A DNA stretch of 64,000 nucleotides from Fidelibacterota bacterium (lineage in GTDB: Bacteria > Fidelibacterota > Marinisomatia > Marinisomatales > Marinisomataceae), in contig OZ243041.1 in assembly GCA_965212055.1 (NCBI GenBank), positions 64,001-128,000 of the forward strand, given 5' to 3'. The first letter of the stretch is position 1. Each line of letters starts with the position of its first letter. The notes beneath the pieces were generated by a model. The model saw only the letters and a list, made by a program, of their open reading frames with translations. It had not been told where the DNA came from and ran no database searches. The position numbers and the translations under genes are program-made. Below are positions 9,147 through 18,635 of this stretch, piece by piece.

Positions 9147-10514
9147 TTAAAGCAATATTGAAGTTGCAATAATAAAGTAGAGGGCTACTCCTAAGATATC
9201 AATAGCAGTAGTCACAAAGGGACCAGTAGAAATTGCGGGATCAAAGCCTAGTTTTTTTAATAACAATGGAACGCTGGCACCCACTGCAGTTGCAATAACC
9301 ATTGAACACGCAATGCTTAAACCGATCACAAGCCCAAGATTTGCTACTTCATTTCCTGCAACAAATTCAGCAGTAAAACCAATTAATGTTCCATAGAGGG
9401 CGCCTAAAATTGTCCCCACAATAATTTCCTTTACTATTAAATGGACTGTATTGTTGACATCTACTCTTCCCGTAGCAAGTCCACGGACTACAATGGTAGA
9501 AGATTGAGTACCAATGTTGCCTCCCATGCCAATAATAACTGGAATAAATGCCGCTAACACTATTATATCTTTTAACAGGTCATCAAAAGACCCGATAATC
9601 GCTGCTGCACAAATTCCACCAACTAAGCTTGCAAGAATCCATGGAGCTCTTGATTGGGCATTCTCTAAAGGAGATTTTAGTAAAATTTCCCTATCTTTAC
9701 CAACCCCAGCCATTTGTAAAAAGTCTTCAGAGGCTTCTTGTCGAATAATATCTACAATATCATCAATAGTTACAATTCCAAGAAATTTGTTTTGTTTGTT
9801 TACAACCGGTAAAGCAAGATAGTTATACTGTGCTACAATTTTTGCTACTTCTTCTTGGTCTGTATCAGAAGTAACTGCATGAATGTCTTTAATCATAACC
9901 TCACGAAGCTTTTTTGTATTTTTAGAGGTCACTAAATTTCTTAAAGAAATAACCCCCACTAATTTTTCTTTATCATCTACCACATAAACATAAAATACCT
10001 TTTCATTTTCAGGATAGGACTGTAATTGTTCAATAGCATTTCCAATAGTTGTGTTTTGATTCAGTATCAATGTTTCTTTTGTCATGACACTTCCTGCGCT
10101 ATCATCGGCGTAGGACATAATTTCTTCTACGTCTTCTAAGTCTTCTTCTTCCAGTTTTTCTAAAATAGGAGCTTGCTGTTCTTCAGGAAGCATGCTAACA
10201 ATCATTGCTTGGTCATTTGTTCCTAAATATTGGAATGTTTTGGAAATATTTGCCACGCTTTCTTCTGATAATACATTTTCAATGAGAGACTCATCTAGTT
10301 CTTCTAAAATTTGTGCCTTATATGCAAATGTTGGAGACAACCTAAAAACAATTTTTTGATTTTCTGTACTAAATCCTCTCATCAAAAGCGCAATATCTGC
10401 TGGGTGAGTTTTACGGATAATTTTAGTTAGATTTGACCCAGCTTTTCTTCGTAAAAGCCTTTCTATTGTTGTTTTTAACAAAGAAATTTCTGTTGTAAAT
10501 ATTGCTTTTTTCAT
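9147..10514 (-). CDS. mgtE: Magnesium transporter MgtE
   Basis: HPADIA N-domain, tandem CBS domains, GGNIGTQS and DPAISTGPFVTTAIDILG membrane motifs. Confidence 0.95.
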   Translation of the reverse strand: MKKAIFTTEISLLKTTIERLLRRKAGSNLTKIIRKTHPADIALLMRGFSTENQKIVFRLSPTFAYKAQILEELDESLIENVLSEESVANISKTFQYLGTNDQAMIVSMLPEEQQAPILEKLEEEDLEDVEEIMSYADDSAGSVMTKETLILNQNTTIGNAIEQLQSYPENEKVFYVYVVDDKEKLVGVISLRNLVTSKNTKKLREVMIKDIHAVTSDTDQEEVAKIVAQYNYLALPVVNKQNKFLGIVTIDDIVDIIRQEASEDFLQMAGVGKDREILLKSPLENAQSRAPWILASLVGGICAAAIIGSFDDLLKDIIVLAAFIPVIIGMGGNIGTQSSTIVVRGLATGRVDVNNTVHLIVKEIIVGTILGALYGTLIGFTAEFVAGNEVANLGLVIGLSIACSMVIATAVGASVPLLLKKLGFDPAISTGPFVTTAIDILGVALYFIIATSILL

Positions 10515-10570
10515 TGTATTGAATTTTCAATAAATTAACTCTACTTTATAACAAATTAAAGATTAAGTAA

Positions 10571-12031
10571 ATGGCTAAAATAACCTCACAATCAGAAAAT
10601 TTTTCTAAGTGGTATACTGACTCAATATTGCACGCTGATTTGGCTGATTATGGCCCAGTAAAAGGGACTATGGTTGTCAAACCATATGGATTTGCCCTAT
10701 GGTCCAATGTAAAAAAAGCATTAAATACCATGATTGAAGAAACAGGACATGAAAATGCTTATTTTCCTCTTTTTATTCCAAAAAGTTTTTTTGAAAAAGA
10801 AGCAAAACACGTAGAAGGATTTGCAAAAGAATGTGCTGTTGTTACTCACTCAAAGTTGATTGCTAGTGATACCGGCCTTGAAGTTGATCCAGACTCAAAA
10901 TTAGAAGAAGAAATTATTGTTAGACCAACATCGGAAACAATTATTTGGTCAATGTTTAAAAAATGGATTACATCATATCGTGATCTACCTGTAATGATTA
11001 ACCAGTGGGCAAATGTTGTGCGTTGGGAGATGAGAACAAGATTGTTTTTAAGAACATCTGAGTTTTTATGGCAAGAAGGACATACTGCGCATGCAACCAA
11101 AAAAGAAGCAATGGTAGAAACGTTAAAAATTGTTGAGATATATAAATCTTTGTTTGAAGACCATCTTGCAATTCCAACTGTCATTGGCAGAAAGTCTGAT
11201 GCAGAAAAATTTGCTGGTGCAGAAGAAACTTATTCAATTGAAACAATGATGCTTGATAAAAAAGCACTTCAAGGTGGTACGTCGCATTATTTAGGAACAA
11301 ACTTTGGGAATGCTTTTGATGTAAAGTTTCAAAGCAAAGAAAATAAAGAACAACCTGTTTTTGCAACAAGCTGGGGGGTTAGCACTCGAGTCATTGGAGC
11401 GCTTATTATGGTCCATGGAGACGACAAAGGATTGAAGCTTCCTCCAAAAGTTGCTCCACATCAAGTTGTGATTGTTCCTATTAATCCAAAAAATGAGAAT
11501 GAAAAAAAATTCAATAATTTTGTTGATACAGTAGCAAACGACTTAAATAAAAATGGTATAAGATGTAAAATAGATGCTTCTGAAAATACACCTGGGTTTA
11601 AATTTAATTTTTGGGAATTAAAGGGTGTTCCTATTAGGCTTGAAATTGGTTTACAAGAATATAAAGATCAAAAATTAACTTTGTGTAGAAGAGATACAGG
11701 TGGAAAAAGTTCTATCAAACACAACGACTGTAGTAGTATTGCAACAATGTTAGATGACATTCAATTGAGTATGTATAATTCTGCCAACGCTTTTTTACAA
11801 AAAAATACCATAGAACTAAATGACTATAAAGACCTTAAAGAAAAACTATCAAAAGACAATTGTTTTGTTAGAGCTTACTGGGATGGTTCTGCGGCATCAG
11901 AATTAAAAGTTAAAGAAGATACAAAGGCTACCATTCGATGTATTTTAGAAGATGTGGACAATAAAAAATTAAAATGTATTGTTTCGGACAAACCAGCTAA
12001 ACATCTTGTGATTTTTGCAAAAGCATACTAA
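10571..12031 (+). CDS. proS: Proline--tRNA ligase (archaeal/eukaryote-type)
   Basis: RPTSET, QWANVVRWEMRTRLFLRTSEFLWQEGHT, QGGTSHYLG, TSWGVSTR, C-terminal AKAY. Confidence 0.97.
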   Translation: MAKITSQSENFSKWYTDSILHADLADYGPVKGTMVVKPYGFALWSNVKKALNTMIEETGHENAYFPLFIPKSFFEKEAKHVEGFAKECAVVTHSKLIASDTGLEVDPDSKLEEEIIVRPTSETIIWSMFKKWITSYRDLPVMINQWANVVRWEMRTRLFLRTSEFLWQEGHTAHATKKEAMVETLKIVEIYKSLFEDHLAIPTVIGRKSDAEKFAGAEETYSIETMMLDKKALQGGTSHYLGTNFGNAFDVKFQSKENKEQPVFATSWGVSTRVIGALIMVHGDDKGLKLPPKVAPHQVVIVPINPKNENEKKFNNFVDTVANDLNKNGIRCKIDASENTPGFKFNFWELKGVPIRLEIGLQEYKDQKLTLCRRDTGGKSSIKHNDCSSIATMLDDIQLSMYNSANAFLQKNTIELNDYKDLKEKLSKDNCFVRAYWDGSAASELKVKEDTKATIRCILEDVDNKKLKCIVSDKPAKHLVIFAKAY

Positions 12032-12036
12032 TTACT

Positions 12037-13083
12037 ATGAAAAAATTCCTCTCTTATTCTTTATTAATTTGTTTATTATATCTCTTATTGTGGCCAGTGC
12101 CAATAAACCCAGTTGCTTGGGATTCTCCTAGCCCTCCATCAATGACAGGCGTTTATGCCAAAAATGATTATTTAAAAAATATAGAAATATTTTGGGAAAG
12201 CGATGGACATTATGGACCAGAAGATATCGCAATTTATGATGGTAATTTATATGCAGGATATCATGATGGAGTTATTATGAGTTCTATTGGTGAGTTTTAC
12301 AATACTAATGGACGTCCTCTTGGTATGACATTTGATTTTGATAACAACCTAATTGTTGCAGATGCGATTCAAGGCTTAATATCCATTAACAAAGAAGGCG
12401 TTGCTACAACCCTTACAATTAAGTCTGATTCAGATAATATTCTATTGGGTTTTACAGATGATTTAGATATCGCAACCGATGGAAAAATTTACTTTTCTGA
12501 TGCTTCAGATAAATTTGGATATGGAGAAGACAGAATTGGTTTAATGGAACACACTCCTAATGGAAGATTGTTGGTTTATGATCCAGAAACTAAAACGACC
12601 ACTACTTTGCTTGATAATTTATATTTTGCGAACGGTGTCGCTGTAAGCCCTGATGACTCTTTTGTTTTATTTAATGAAACATTTATGTACAGAGTACAAA
12701 AATATTGGCTTAAAGGAGAAAAAGCCGGCACATCAGAAATTATTATTGAAAATTTGCCTGGTTTTCCAGACAATATTTCTTCAAATGGAAAAGGAGTCTA
12801 TTGGGTGGCGCTTTTTACAGTAAGAAATGATTTTATTGATAAAACAGCAGATAAGCCTTTTCTTAGAAAAATGGCTTTGCGATTACCAGAGTCTTTGCAA
12901 CCTCAGCCAGCACCTTATGCATTTGCTTTAGGAATTGATGGGAATGGAAATGTTTTACACAACCTTCAATATGGTGCAAACGATGCTTATTCGCCTATAA
13001 CAAGCGTTAAGCAATATGGTGACGAGCTATATTTTGGTAGTCTTACTCATAAGGGTTGGGGAAAAATAAAAGCACCAGAATGA
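12037..13083 (+). CDS. Strictosidine synthase/APMAP-like (SMP-30/gluconolactonase) beta-propeller protein
   Basis: N-terminal anchor; GPED, GRPLG, YFSDAS, LYFANGVA, NLPGFPDNI motifs. Confidence 0.88.
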   Translation: MKKFLSYSLLICLLYLLLWPVPINPVAWDSPSPPSMTGVYAKNDYLKNIEIFWESDGHYGPEDIAIYDGNLYAGYHDGVIMSSIGEFYNTNGRPLGMTFDFDNNLIVADAIQGLISINKEGVATTLTIKSDSDNILLGFTDDLDIATDGKIYFSDASDKFGYGEDRIGLMEHTPNGRLLVYDPETKTTTTLLDNLYFANGVAVSPDDSFVLFNETFMYRVQKYWLKGEKAGTSEIIIENLPGFPDNISSNGKGVYWVALFTVRNDFIDKTADKPFLRKMALRLPESLQPQPAPYAFALGIDGNGNVLHNLQYGANDAYSPITSVKQYGDELYFGSLTHKGWGKIKAPE

Positions 13084-13754
13084 AGATATCTACCCCTGCA
13101 ATTGTTTTAAAAACAACCCTGTTTAAAGAATCAAGCTTAATTGCACGACTATTTACTTTAGAAAAAGGCAAAAGTTCTTATGTCATTAAATCTGCCATGA
13201 GACAAAAGTCTCCACTTAAATCTATTTATCAACAGATAAATGAAATACAAGTAAACTATACACATAACAGTAGAAGACAATTACAGCCCATTTATGATTC
13301 TAAGCTATTAAATGGTTGGAATAGTATTAATTTTGATTTAAAAAAAACCCTGCTTTGTTTATCAATGATTGAAATGATAGACAGAGGTTTTGACGATGGA
13401 GATAAAGATACAGAGACATATTATCTCTTAAAAAATGTTCTTCATTATTTTGATTTGGAACACAATAATTATAATAATGCATTCTATTTTTTTGTTTTAC
13501 ATTTTCTGAAAAACACGGGATATAATATCATTGAAGCAAAAGAACATCCAATTGTTAAAAGGTATTTATCAAAAGATCCAAAACTGCTTGAACAATTAAA
13601 AGAAATTTATATTTCTAATTTTTTAGAGGAAAAAAATAAAAAACATATCTTTAATTATGATAAAAAAATTGTAGCAAATTTTATGTCTGATTTAATTAAA
13701 TACCACTTACCCGATATGAGGTCTTTTGCTGTTGCCAAGGAAATTTTTCAGTAA
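13080..13754 (+). CDS. recO: DNA repair protein RecO (divergent)
   Basis: AIVLK...FKESSLIARLFT.EKGK OB-fold signature. Start moved to ATG 13080, which forms an ATGA overlap with the upstream stop. Confidence 0.8.
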   Translation: MKISTPAIVLKTTLFKESSLIARLFTLEKGKSSYVIKSAMRQKSPLKSIYQQINEIQVNYTHNSRRQLQPIYDSKLLNGWNSINFDLKKTLLCLSMIEMIDRGFDDGDKDTETYYLLKNVLHYFDLEHNNYNNAFYFFVLHFLKNTGYNIIEAKEHPIVKRYLSKDPKLLEQLKEIYISNFLEEKNKKHIFNYDKKIVANFMSDLIKYHLPDMRSFAVAKEIFQ

Positions 13755-13757
13755 AAA

Positions 13758-14039
13758 TTACTCAATTTTAAATACTTTTTCTCCAGGCCGAACCATCTTT
13801 AATTTTTCTCTTGCAATTTTTTCAATATAATCTTCATCGAATTGCAATTTTTCAGATTCTTTTTGTAGTTCTGCGATTTCTTGACGTAAAGAATTGATTT
13901 CTTGTTGGATGCCTAACTTTTCTTTTTTTATTTTCCACAGATTAATTAATCCTCGATCGCTGAAAAATAATAAAATAATACATCCTACAGCTACTAGGAC
14001 AAATAAAATATTTGTTAGTCTGGAAGGTCTATTTTTCAT
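13758..14039 (-). CDS. ftsB: Septum formation initiator (FtsB/DivIC family)
   Basis: TM helix, coiled coil, YIEKIAREKLKMVRPGE; directly downstream of eno (conserved synteny). Confidence 0.85.
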   Translation of the reverse strand: MKNRPSRLTNILFVLVAVGCIILLFFSDRGLINLWKIKKEKLGIQQEINSLRQEIAELQKESEKLQFDEDYIEKIAREKLKMVRPGEKVFKIE

Positions 14040-15316
14040 TTAATAAAAGAAAATTTTTTACCAAAATGATGGGGAGATAATTTTTCTTCTATTCTTAATA
14101 GCTGATTATATTTGCTGGTACGATCTGTTCTGCAAACAGAGCCAGTTTTTATTTGACCTCCCCCCATAGCAACAGAAAAATCAGCAATAAACGTGTCTTC
14201 TGTTTCTCCTGATCTATGAGAAATAATAAAATTATAATTATTATTTTTTGCTAGGTTAATTGTTTCTATTGTTTCTGAAACAGTGCCTATTTGATTGAGT
14301 TTGATTAGAATACTGTTCATTGTATTTTTGCTAATTGCTTCATTTAATTTTTTTGGGTTTGTTACTGTTAAGTCATCTCCTACGATTTGAATTCTATCTC
14401 CAAGGGAAGTGTTTAGTTTTGTCCATCCTTTCCAATCGTTTTCGTCTAAGCCGTCTTCAATAGAAATAATTGGATATTGGTTTATAAGTCTTTCATAAAA
14501 TTTAATCATTCCTTCATCGTCCAAAATTTGATTATCAAGATGAAGATGGTATTTATTGTCTTGATAGAAACTAGATGCTGCAACATCTAGAGCAAGAAAT
14601 AGGTCTTTCCCAGTTTTATGGCCAGTTTTCTCTATTGCGTTTAACAATAATTCTATAGCATGTTCATTGGCCTTGAACTGTGGTGCAAACCCTCCTTCGT
14701 CGCCTACCGTAGTGGCTAAACCTTTAGATCTGAGTTCTTTTTTTAGCTCATGAAAGATTTCAGTGCCCATCCGCATTGATTCAGAAAAAGAGATTGCTCC
14801 AACAGGGAAAATCATAATTTCTTGTATATCAGATCCTCCGTCTGCATGCATCCCACCGTTTAATACATTAATCATAGGAACTGGCAATATAGAACTATCT
14901 TTATTGAGATAATGATATAATGGACAATTATAAAATTTGGAAGAAGCAACAGCACATGCCATTGATATTCCTAAAATAGCATTTGCCCCACAATTGCTTT
15001 TATTTTCTGTACCATCAGTTTCTAACAAAATTTGATCTATTTCTTTTTGTTGATCAGATCTCTTCCCAATTAGTTGCGGTTGAAGCACTTCGAGAACATT
15101 TTTAATTGCTGTTTTCACTTCTTTTCCATGAAACCTTTTATTGTTGTTGTCTCTTAGCTCAAGAGCTTCAAATTTTCCTACAGATGCCCCAGAAGGAACT
15201 GCAGCTCTACCAGAACAAGGCCCAACATCTACCTCTACCTCAATCGTTGGATTTCCTCTCGAATCTAAAATTTGTCGAGAATATATTTTTTGAATTATTG
15301 GATAATTTTTATTCAT
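14036..15316 (-). CDS. eno: Enolase
   Basis: DSRGNPTIEVE, VPSGAS, GDEGGFAP, SHRSGETED, IKTGS. Confidence 0.98.
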   Translation of the reverse strand: MNKNYPIIQKIYSRQILDSRGNPTIEVEVDVGPCSGRAAVPSGASVGKFEALELRDNNNKRFHGKEVKTAIKNVLEVLQPQLIGKRSDQQKEIDQILLETDGTENKSNCGANAILGISMACAVASSKFYNCPLYHYLNKDSSILPVPMINVLNGGMHADGGSDIQEIMIFPVGAISFSESMRMGTEIFHELKKELRSKGLATTVGDEGGFAPQFKANEHAIELLLNAIEKTGHKTGKDLFLALDVAASSFYQDNKYHLHLDNQILDDEGMIKFYERLINQYPIISIEDGLDENDWKGWTKLNTSLGDRIQIVGDDLTVTNPKKLNEAISKNTMNSILIKLNQIGTVSETIETINLAKNNNYNFIISHRSGETEDTFIADFSVAMGGGQIKTGSVCRTDRTSKYNQLLRIEEKLSPHHFGKKFSFIK

Positions 15317-15413
15317 ATTTTAATTTAGTTCTTTTGATTTATTATATAAAAGATTTCGCTAATTTCACACCTAATTACTGACTTTAATAGAATTTTTAAT
15401 TTTAATAAAAAGG

Positions 15414-15442
15414 TTGATTTGTGGGAAAATAGGGATTATTAT
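15414..15442 (+). promoter_or_regulatory. Putative promoter for the small membrane protein pair
   Basis: TTGATT (15414-15419), 17 bp, TATTAT (15437-15442). Confidence 0.45.
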
Positions 15443-15459
15443 TATAAAAAAGTGCGAAT

Positions 15460-15558
15460 ATGCAAACTTTTAAGAAAAATGATCATATTGACATGATTAC
15501 AAAAAAGGGGACAAAACCTACAGTTTTGTTGGGTTTATTGTCTCTTTTTTTAATTTAA
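15460..15558 (+). other. Possible 32-codon upstream ORF (MQTFKKNDHIDMITKKGTKPTVLLGLLSLFLI)
   Basis: Open frame from ATG 15460 to TAA 15556-15558 running through the leader hairpin; no SD, may be chance. Confidence 0.25.
15501..15551 (+). promoter_or_regulatory. Long terminator-like hairpin with U-tract upstream of small-protein gene 1 (possible attenuator)
   Basis: AAAAAAGGGGACAA-AACCTA-CA-GTTT-TG-T-TGGGTT-TA-TTGTCTCTTTTTTT pairs with G-U wobbles and ends in 7 T. Confidence 0.55.
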
Positions 15559-15577
15559 CTAATCAAGGAGGAATAAC

Positions 15578-15784
15578 ATGGCTTCATGGGATTCAATGAT
15601 AGGCGGTGCTTTAAGTGGATTAACTGGTGTAGTTAAGGCTGCAATTATATTTTTTGTTTTTGCAAACGTATTATTCAACACTGGTATGGATCCACTAGGC
15701 GGCATTGCTAGCTTAGTTGATGCTTTCACAAATAACGGACTAACAGGATTGCTAGTATTAGTAGTCTTCTTGTCTTGGTTATAA
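15578..15784 (+). CDS. Small hydrophobic membrane protein (paralog 1)
   Basis: 68 aa, strong SD AAGGAGG, two hydrophobic segments, gap-free similarity to the next ORF. Confidence 0.85.
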   Translation: MASWDSMIGGALSGLTGVVKAAIIFFVFANVLFNTGMDPLGGIASLVDAFTNNGLTGLLVLVVFLSWL

Positions 15785-15811
15785 ATTTGGGTTAGTGCAT
15801 TAATCGATAAG

Positions 15812-15843
15812 ATATAGGGGCTCTGTATTAAGAGCCCCTATAT
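15812..15843 (+). other. Perfect 13-bp intergenic stem-loop (mRNA stabiliser or weak terminator)
   Basis: ATATAGGGGCTCT-GTATTA-AGAGCCCCTATAT; no U-tract. Confidence 0.7.
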
Positions 15844-15867
15844 ATAAAAGTTTAAGGAGAAAAAATA

Positions 15868-16080
15868 ATGAACAATGCTATAAAAATAGTCACTGATGCT
15901 CTTAGTTCGCTAACAGACTTAGCAATTCATCTGCTTGTTGCAGGTGTAATTATTGGCATTTTATTTGGTGATATGTTTGGTGTTATTGGAAATATTGCAT
16001 CTGTAATGGCTTCAGTTGGTGACAATGGTCTTGCTGGACTAATTACTATTTTAATTGTTGCAATGTGGATGAAAAAATAA
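15868..16080 (+). CDS. Small hydrophobic membrane protein (paralog 2)
   Basis: 70 aa, SD AAGGAG; shares ALS.LT, LF, IAS, NGL.GL and W67 with paralog 1. Confidence 0.88.
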   Translation: MNNAIKIVTDALSSLTDLAIHLLVAGVIIGILFGDMFGVIGNIASVMASVGDNGLAGLITILIVAMWMKK

Positions 16081-16116
16081 TTATTATTTTAGAATCTACT
16101 TTTCAATAAAAAAAAT

Positions 16117-16142
16117 AAAGGGCTCAACTTTTGGGCCCTTTT
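16117..16142 (+). terminator. Intrinsic terminator
   Basis: AAAGGGCTCAA-CTT-TTGGGCCCTTTT. Confidence 0.75.
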
Positions 16143-16166
16143 ACTCTTATTTTATGATAATTTCAT

Positions 16167-17336
16167 GTGATGAAATTATTTAAATCTATATACCCTATTT
16201 TTTATTATCTGCTATTTATATCTTGGTGCTTTGCCTCTACTCAAGGAACAGTTAAAATTATTGATTCCAACAATCTTCTCATCGGGAAAGCAAACTATAT
16301 CAAAGAACAGAAATATTATATCTCTGTTAATAATTTTTCTGATGTTTTACTAAATAAAAATTTTACCAATAATAATACTGAAAAAATTATTATTTATTTT
16401 GGAGATACTAAAATTAAAATTACCGCTAATATATCATTTATTATTATTAATGATAAAGCTTACCAGTTACAAAATAACGTTTTCCAAAGAAAGGGAGAAT
16501 ATTATGTCCCTTTGGATGATTTCTTAGCTCTTTTAACTCAACATACCAATACAAACTATTCTATAAATTATAATTCTATGTCTATTAATCTCGGCAGCGT
16601 TATTCAGAATTCCCCTATAGATAAAACAACGGATTTAATTAAAGAAAAAAAGAAATGGCAATTTGATACAATTATTATTGATCCTGGTCATGGAGGAAAA
16701 GATCCTGGTTCAATAGGCTATAAAGGCACCAAAGAGAAAGATATTGTTTTAGATGTCTCAAAACGTTTAGCAAAGAAAATACAAAAAAATTTAAGAGTTA
16801 AAACTATTTTAACTCGAGATGAAGATGTTTTTATTCGCTTACAGGATAGAACAAAATTTGCTAATACAAATGAAGGAGATTTATTTATTAGTATTCATGT
16901 AAACTCCAATGAAAGCAAAAAACCTTATGGGTTTGAAACCTATCTTTTAAAACCCGGTAGAAATCAAGAAGCAATTAACGTAGCATTGCGGGAAAACTCT
17001 GTAATTGAATTAGAAGGAAATAAGTTTGAGAAACTAACTGATGAACAATTAATCCAAGCCACAATTGCTCAAAGCGGTTTTGTGCAGTATAGTGAAAAAT
17101 TTGCAGCCTTAATTCAAGAAGAAATTGATAAAAGAGTGCAAAGCAGAAATCGAGGAGTAAAACAAGCTGGATTTTATGTTTTGATGGGAGCTTCAATGCC
17201 AAATGTTTTGATTGAATTAGGTTATATATCAAACCCTAATGAAGAAAAAAAATTAAATAGTTCCAGCTATAGAGATATGCTTGCCACATCCATTTACTAT
17301 GCTATTGTGAAATATCAGAAAATATTAAATGATTAA
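16167..17336 (+). CDS. N-acetylmuramoyl-L-alanine amidase (Amidase_3, AmiA/AmiC-like)
   Basis: IIDPGHGGKDPG, EKDIVL, FISIHVN, LIELGY; N-terminal signal and extra domain. Start may be ATG 16170. Confidence 0.93.
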   Translation: MMKLFKSIYPIFYYLLFISWCFASTQGTVKIIDSNNLLIGKANYIKEQKYYISVNNFSDVLLNKNFTNNNTEKIIIYFGDTKIKITANISFIIINDKAYQLQNNVFQRKGEYYVPLDDFLALLTQHTNTNYSINYNSMSINLGSVIQNSPIDKTTDLIKEKKKWQFDTIIIDPGHGGKDPGSIGYKGTKEKDIVLDVSKRLAKKIQKNLRVKTILTRDEDVFIRLQDRTKFANTNEGDLFISIHVNSNESKKPYGFETYLLKPGRNQEAINVALRENSVIELEGNKFEKLTDEQLIQATIAQSGFVQYSEKFAALIQEEIDKRVQSRNRGVKQAGFYVLMGASMPNVLIELGYISNPNEEKKLNSSSYRDMLATSIYYAIVKYQKILND

Positions 17337-18573
17337 TCCAACTTTAGAATTCTTATATGGACTTCATCATCGTGGAATTAAGTTAGGGTTAAAAAATATC
17401 AGTGATTTTTTAAGTTTGTGCAATAATCCTCACAATAAAATTAAAACCATTCACCTTGCTGGGACTAATGGGAAAGGATCAACAGCCTCTATTCTAGCAA
17501 AAATTTTACAAGAAAATGGCCAAAAAGTTGGACTTTACACTTCTCCACATTTGATTCGGTTTAATGAGAGAATTCGAATCAATGGTTGTCCAATATCAGA
17601 TCAAGAAATAATTGATTTTATTCAGCAACATCAAAAAACTATTATGGACAGTTCTATCACTTTTTTTGAAGCAACCACTGCCCTTGCATTTACCTATTTT
17701 GAACGAAACAATGTCGATATTGCCATCATAGAAACAGGGCTTGGAGGCAGATTAGACTCAACGAATGTTATTACACCCGTTCAAACTATTATTACTGAGA
17801 TTGATTATGATCATACTCATATTTTGGGAGAATCTATTGAGCTTATTGCTAGTGAAAAATGTGGTATTTTTAAAAAAAATACTCCGGCATTAACAAGCAA
17901 TTCAAATAAAAAAGTTTTAAATACTATAAAATATTGTGCCCATGAAAAACAATCGCCTTTAACAGTAATTGATAAAAATAAATCAACAATAATAGAGCAT
18001 ACTCCTCAATCAATTTCTTTTTTACATAATGAAACAAAATTTATTTTACCTCAAGCAGGTTCTTATCAAAAAAACAATGCTATTTTAGCAATAGAAACAT
18101 GTAAAGCTCATTTTTCTAAAATTAATATTTCAGAAATACAATCCAGTTTAAAAAAATGGATTTGGCCAGGAAGAATGCAAATAATGACTGAAAATATTTT
18201 TTATGATGTTGCTCATAATGCTAATGCCATTGAAAAATTATCCAAGGACTTATATTCAATTTATAATAAAAAACCAATAGGATTATTAATCTTGAAAAAC
18301 GACAAACTTACTGACAAGCTTTTAACTCTTTTATATAATGAGTTTGAAGAATTAGTAATATCTACAATAGATTCAAAAGACATTCTACAAAAAGATGCTA
18401 TTTTAGATAATAATCAATTACAACAATTTAAATTTGTTGATAATATTACAGAGGCATTATCAGAAATTAAATCTATAGACTATAATGGTCCAAAAGTAAT
18501 TTTTGGCAGCCACTATATTGCGAAGGAGTTATATAAATTTTTTGATTTTTCCTTTGACAATGGTACAATATAA
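17329..18573 (+). CDS. folC: Folylpolyglutamate synthase/dihydrofolate synthase
   Basis: HLAGTNGKGS, YTSPHL, ETGLGGRLDSTN, WPGRMQ, DVAHN. Confidence 0.95.
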   Translation: MINPTLEFLYGLHHRGIKLGLKNISDFLSLCNNPHNKIKTIHLAGTNGKGSTASILAKILQENGQKVGLYTSPHLIRFNERIRINGCPISDQEIIDFIQQHQKTIMDSSITFFEATTALAFTYFERNNVDIAIIETGLGGRLDSTNVITPVQTIITEIDYDHTHILGESIELIASEKCGIFKKNTPALTSNSNKKVLNTIKYCAHEKQSPLTVIDKNKSTIIEHTPQSISFLHNETKFILPQAGSYQKNNAILAIETCKAHFSKINISEIQSSLKKWIWPGRMQIMTENIFYDVAHNANAIEKLSKDLYSIYNKKPIGLLILKNDKLTDKLLTLLYNEFEELVISTIDSKDILQKDAILDNNQLQQFKFVDNITEALSEIKSIDYNGPKVIFGSHYIAKELYKFFDFSFDNGTI

Positions 18574-18581
18574 TGTAATTT
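18554..18581 (+). promoter_or_regulatory. Putative rho promoter
   Basis: TTGACA (18554-18559), 16 bp, TAATTT(G) (18576-18581). Confidence 0.5.
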
Positions 18582-18635
18582 GGATTTTCGAGGTTGTTTT
18601 CCCCCTAAAAAACATTTCACAAAAATGAGGAATCA

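Noticed and set aside
13056..13079. N-terminal extension of RecO from the ORF track
   Set aside because: ATG at 13080 gives the usual ATGA coupling, and RecO similarity starts there.
15488..15516. TTGACA at 15488 as the promoter of the small proteins
   Set aside because: No -10-like hexamer 16-18 bp downstream (ACAAAA); it also falls in a hairpin loop.
15578..16080. Small proteins as ATP synthase c subunit, type IV pilin or circular bacteriocin
   Set aside because: No RQP loop or conserved TM carboxylate, no prepilin G/FxxxE motif, no cationic character or adjacent processing and immunity genes.
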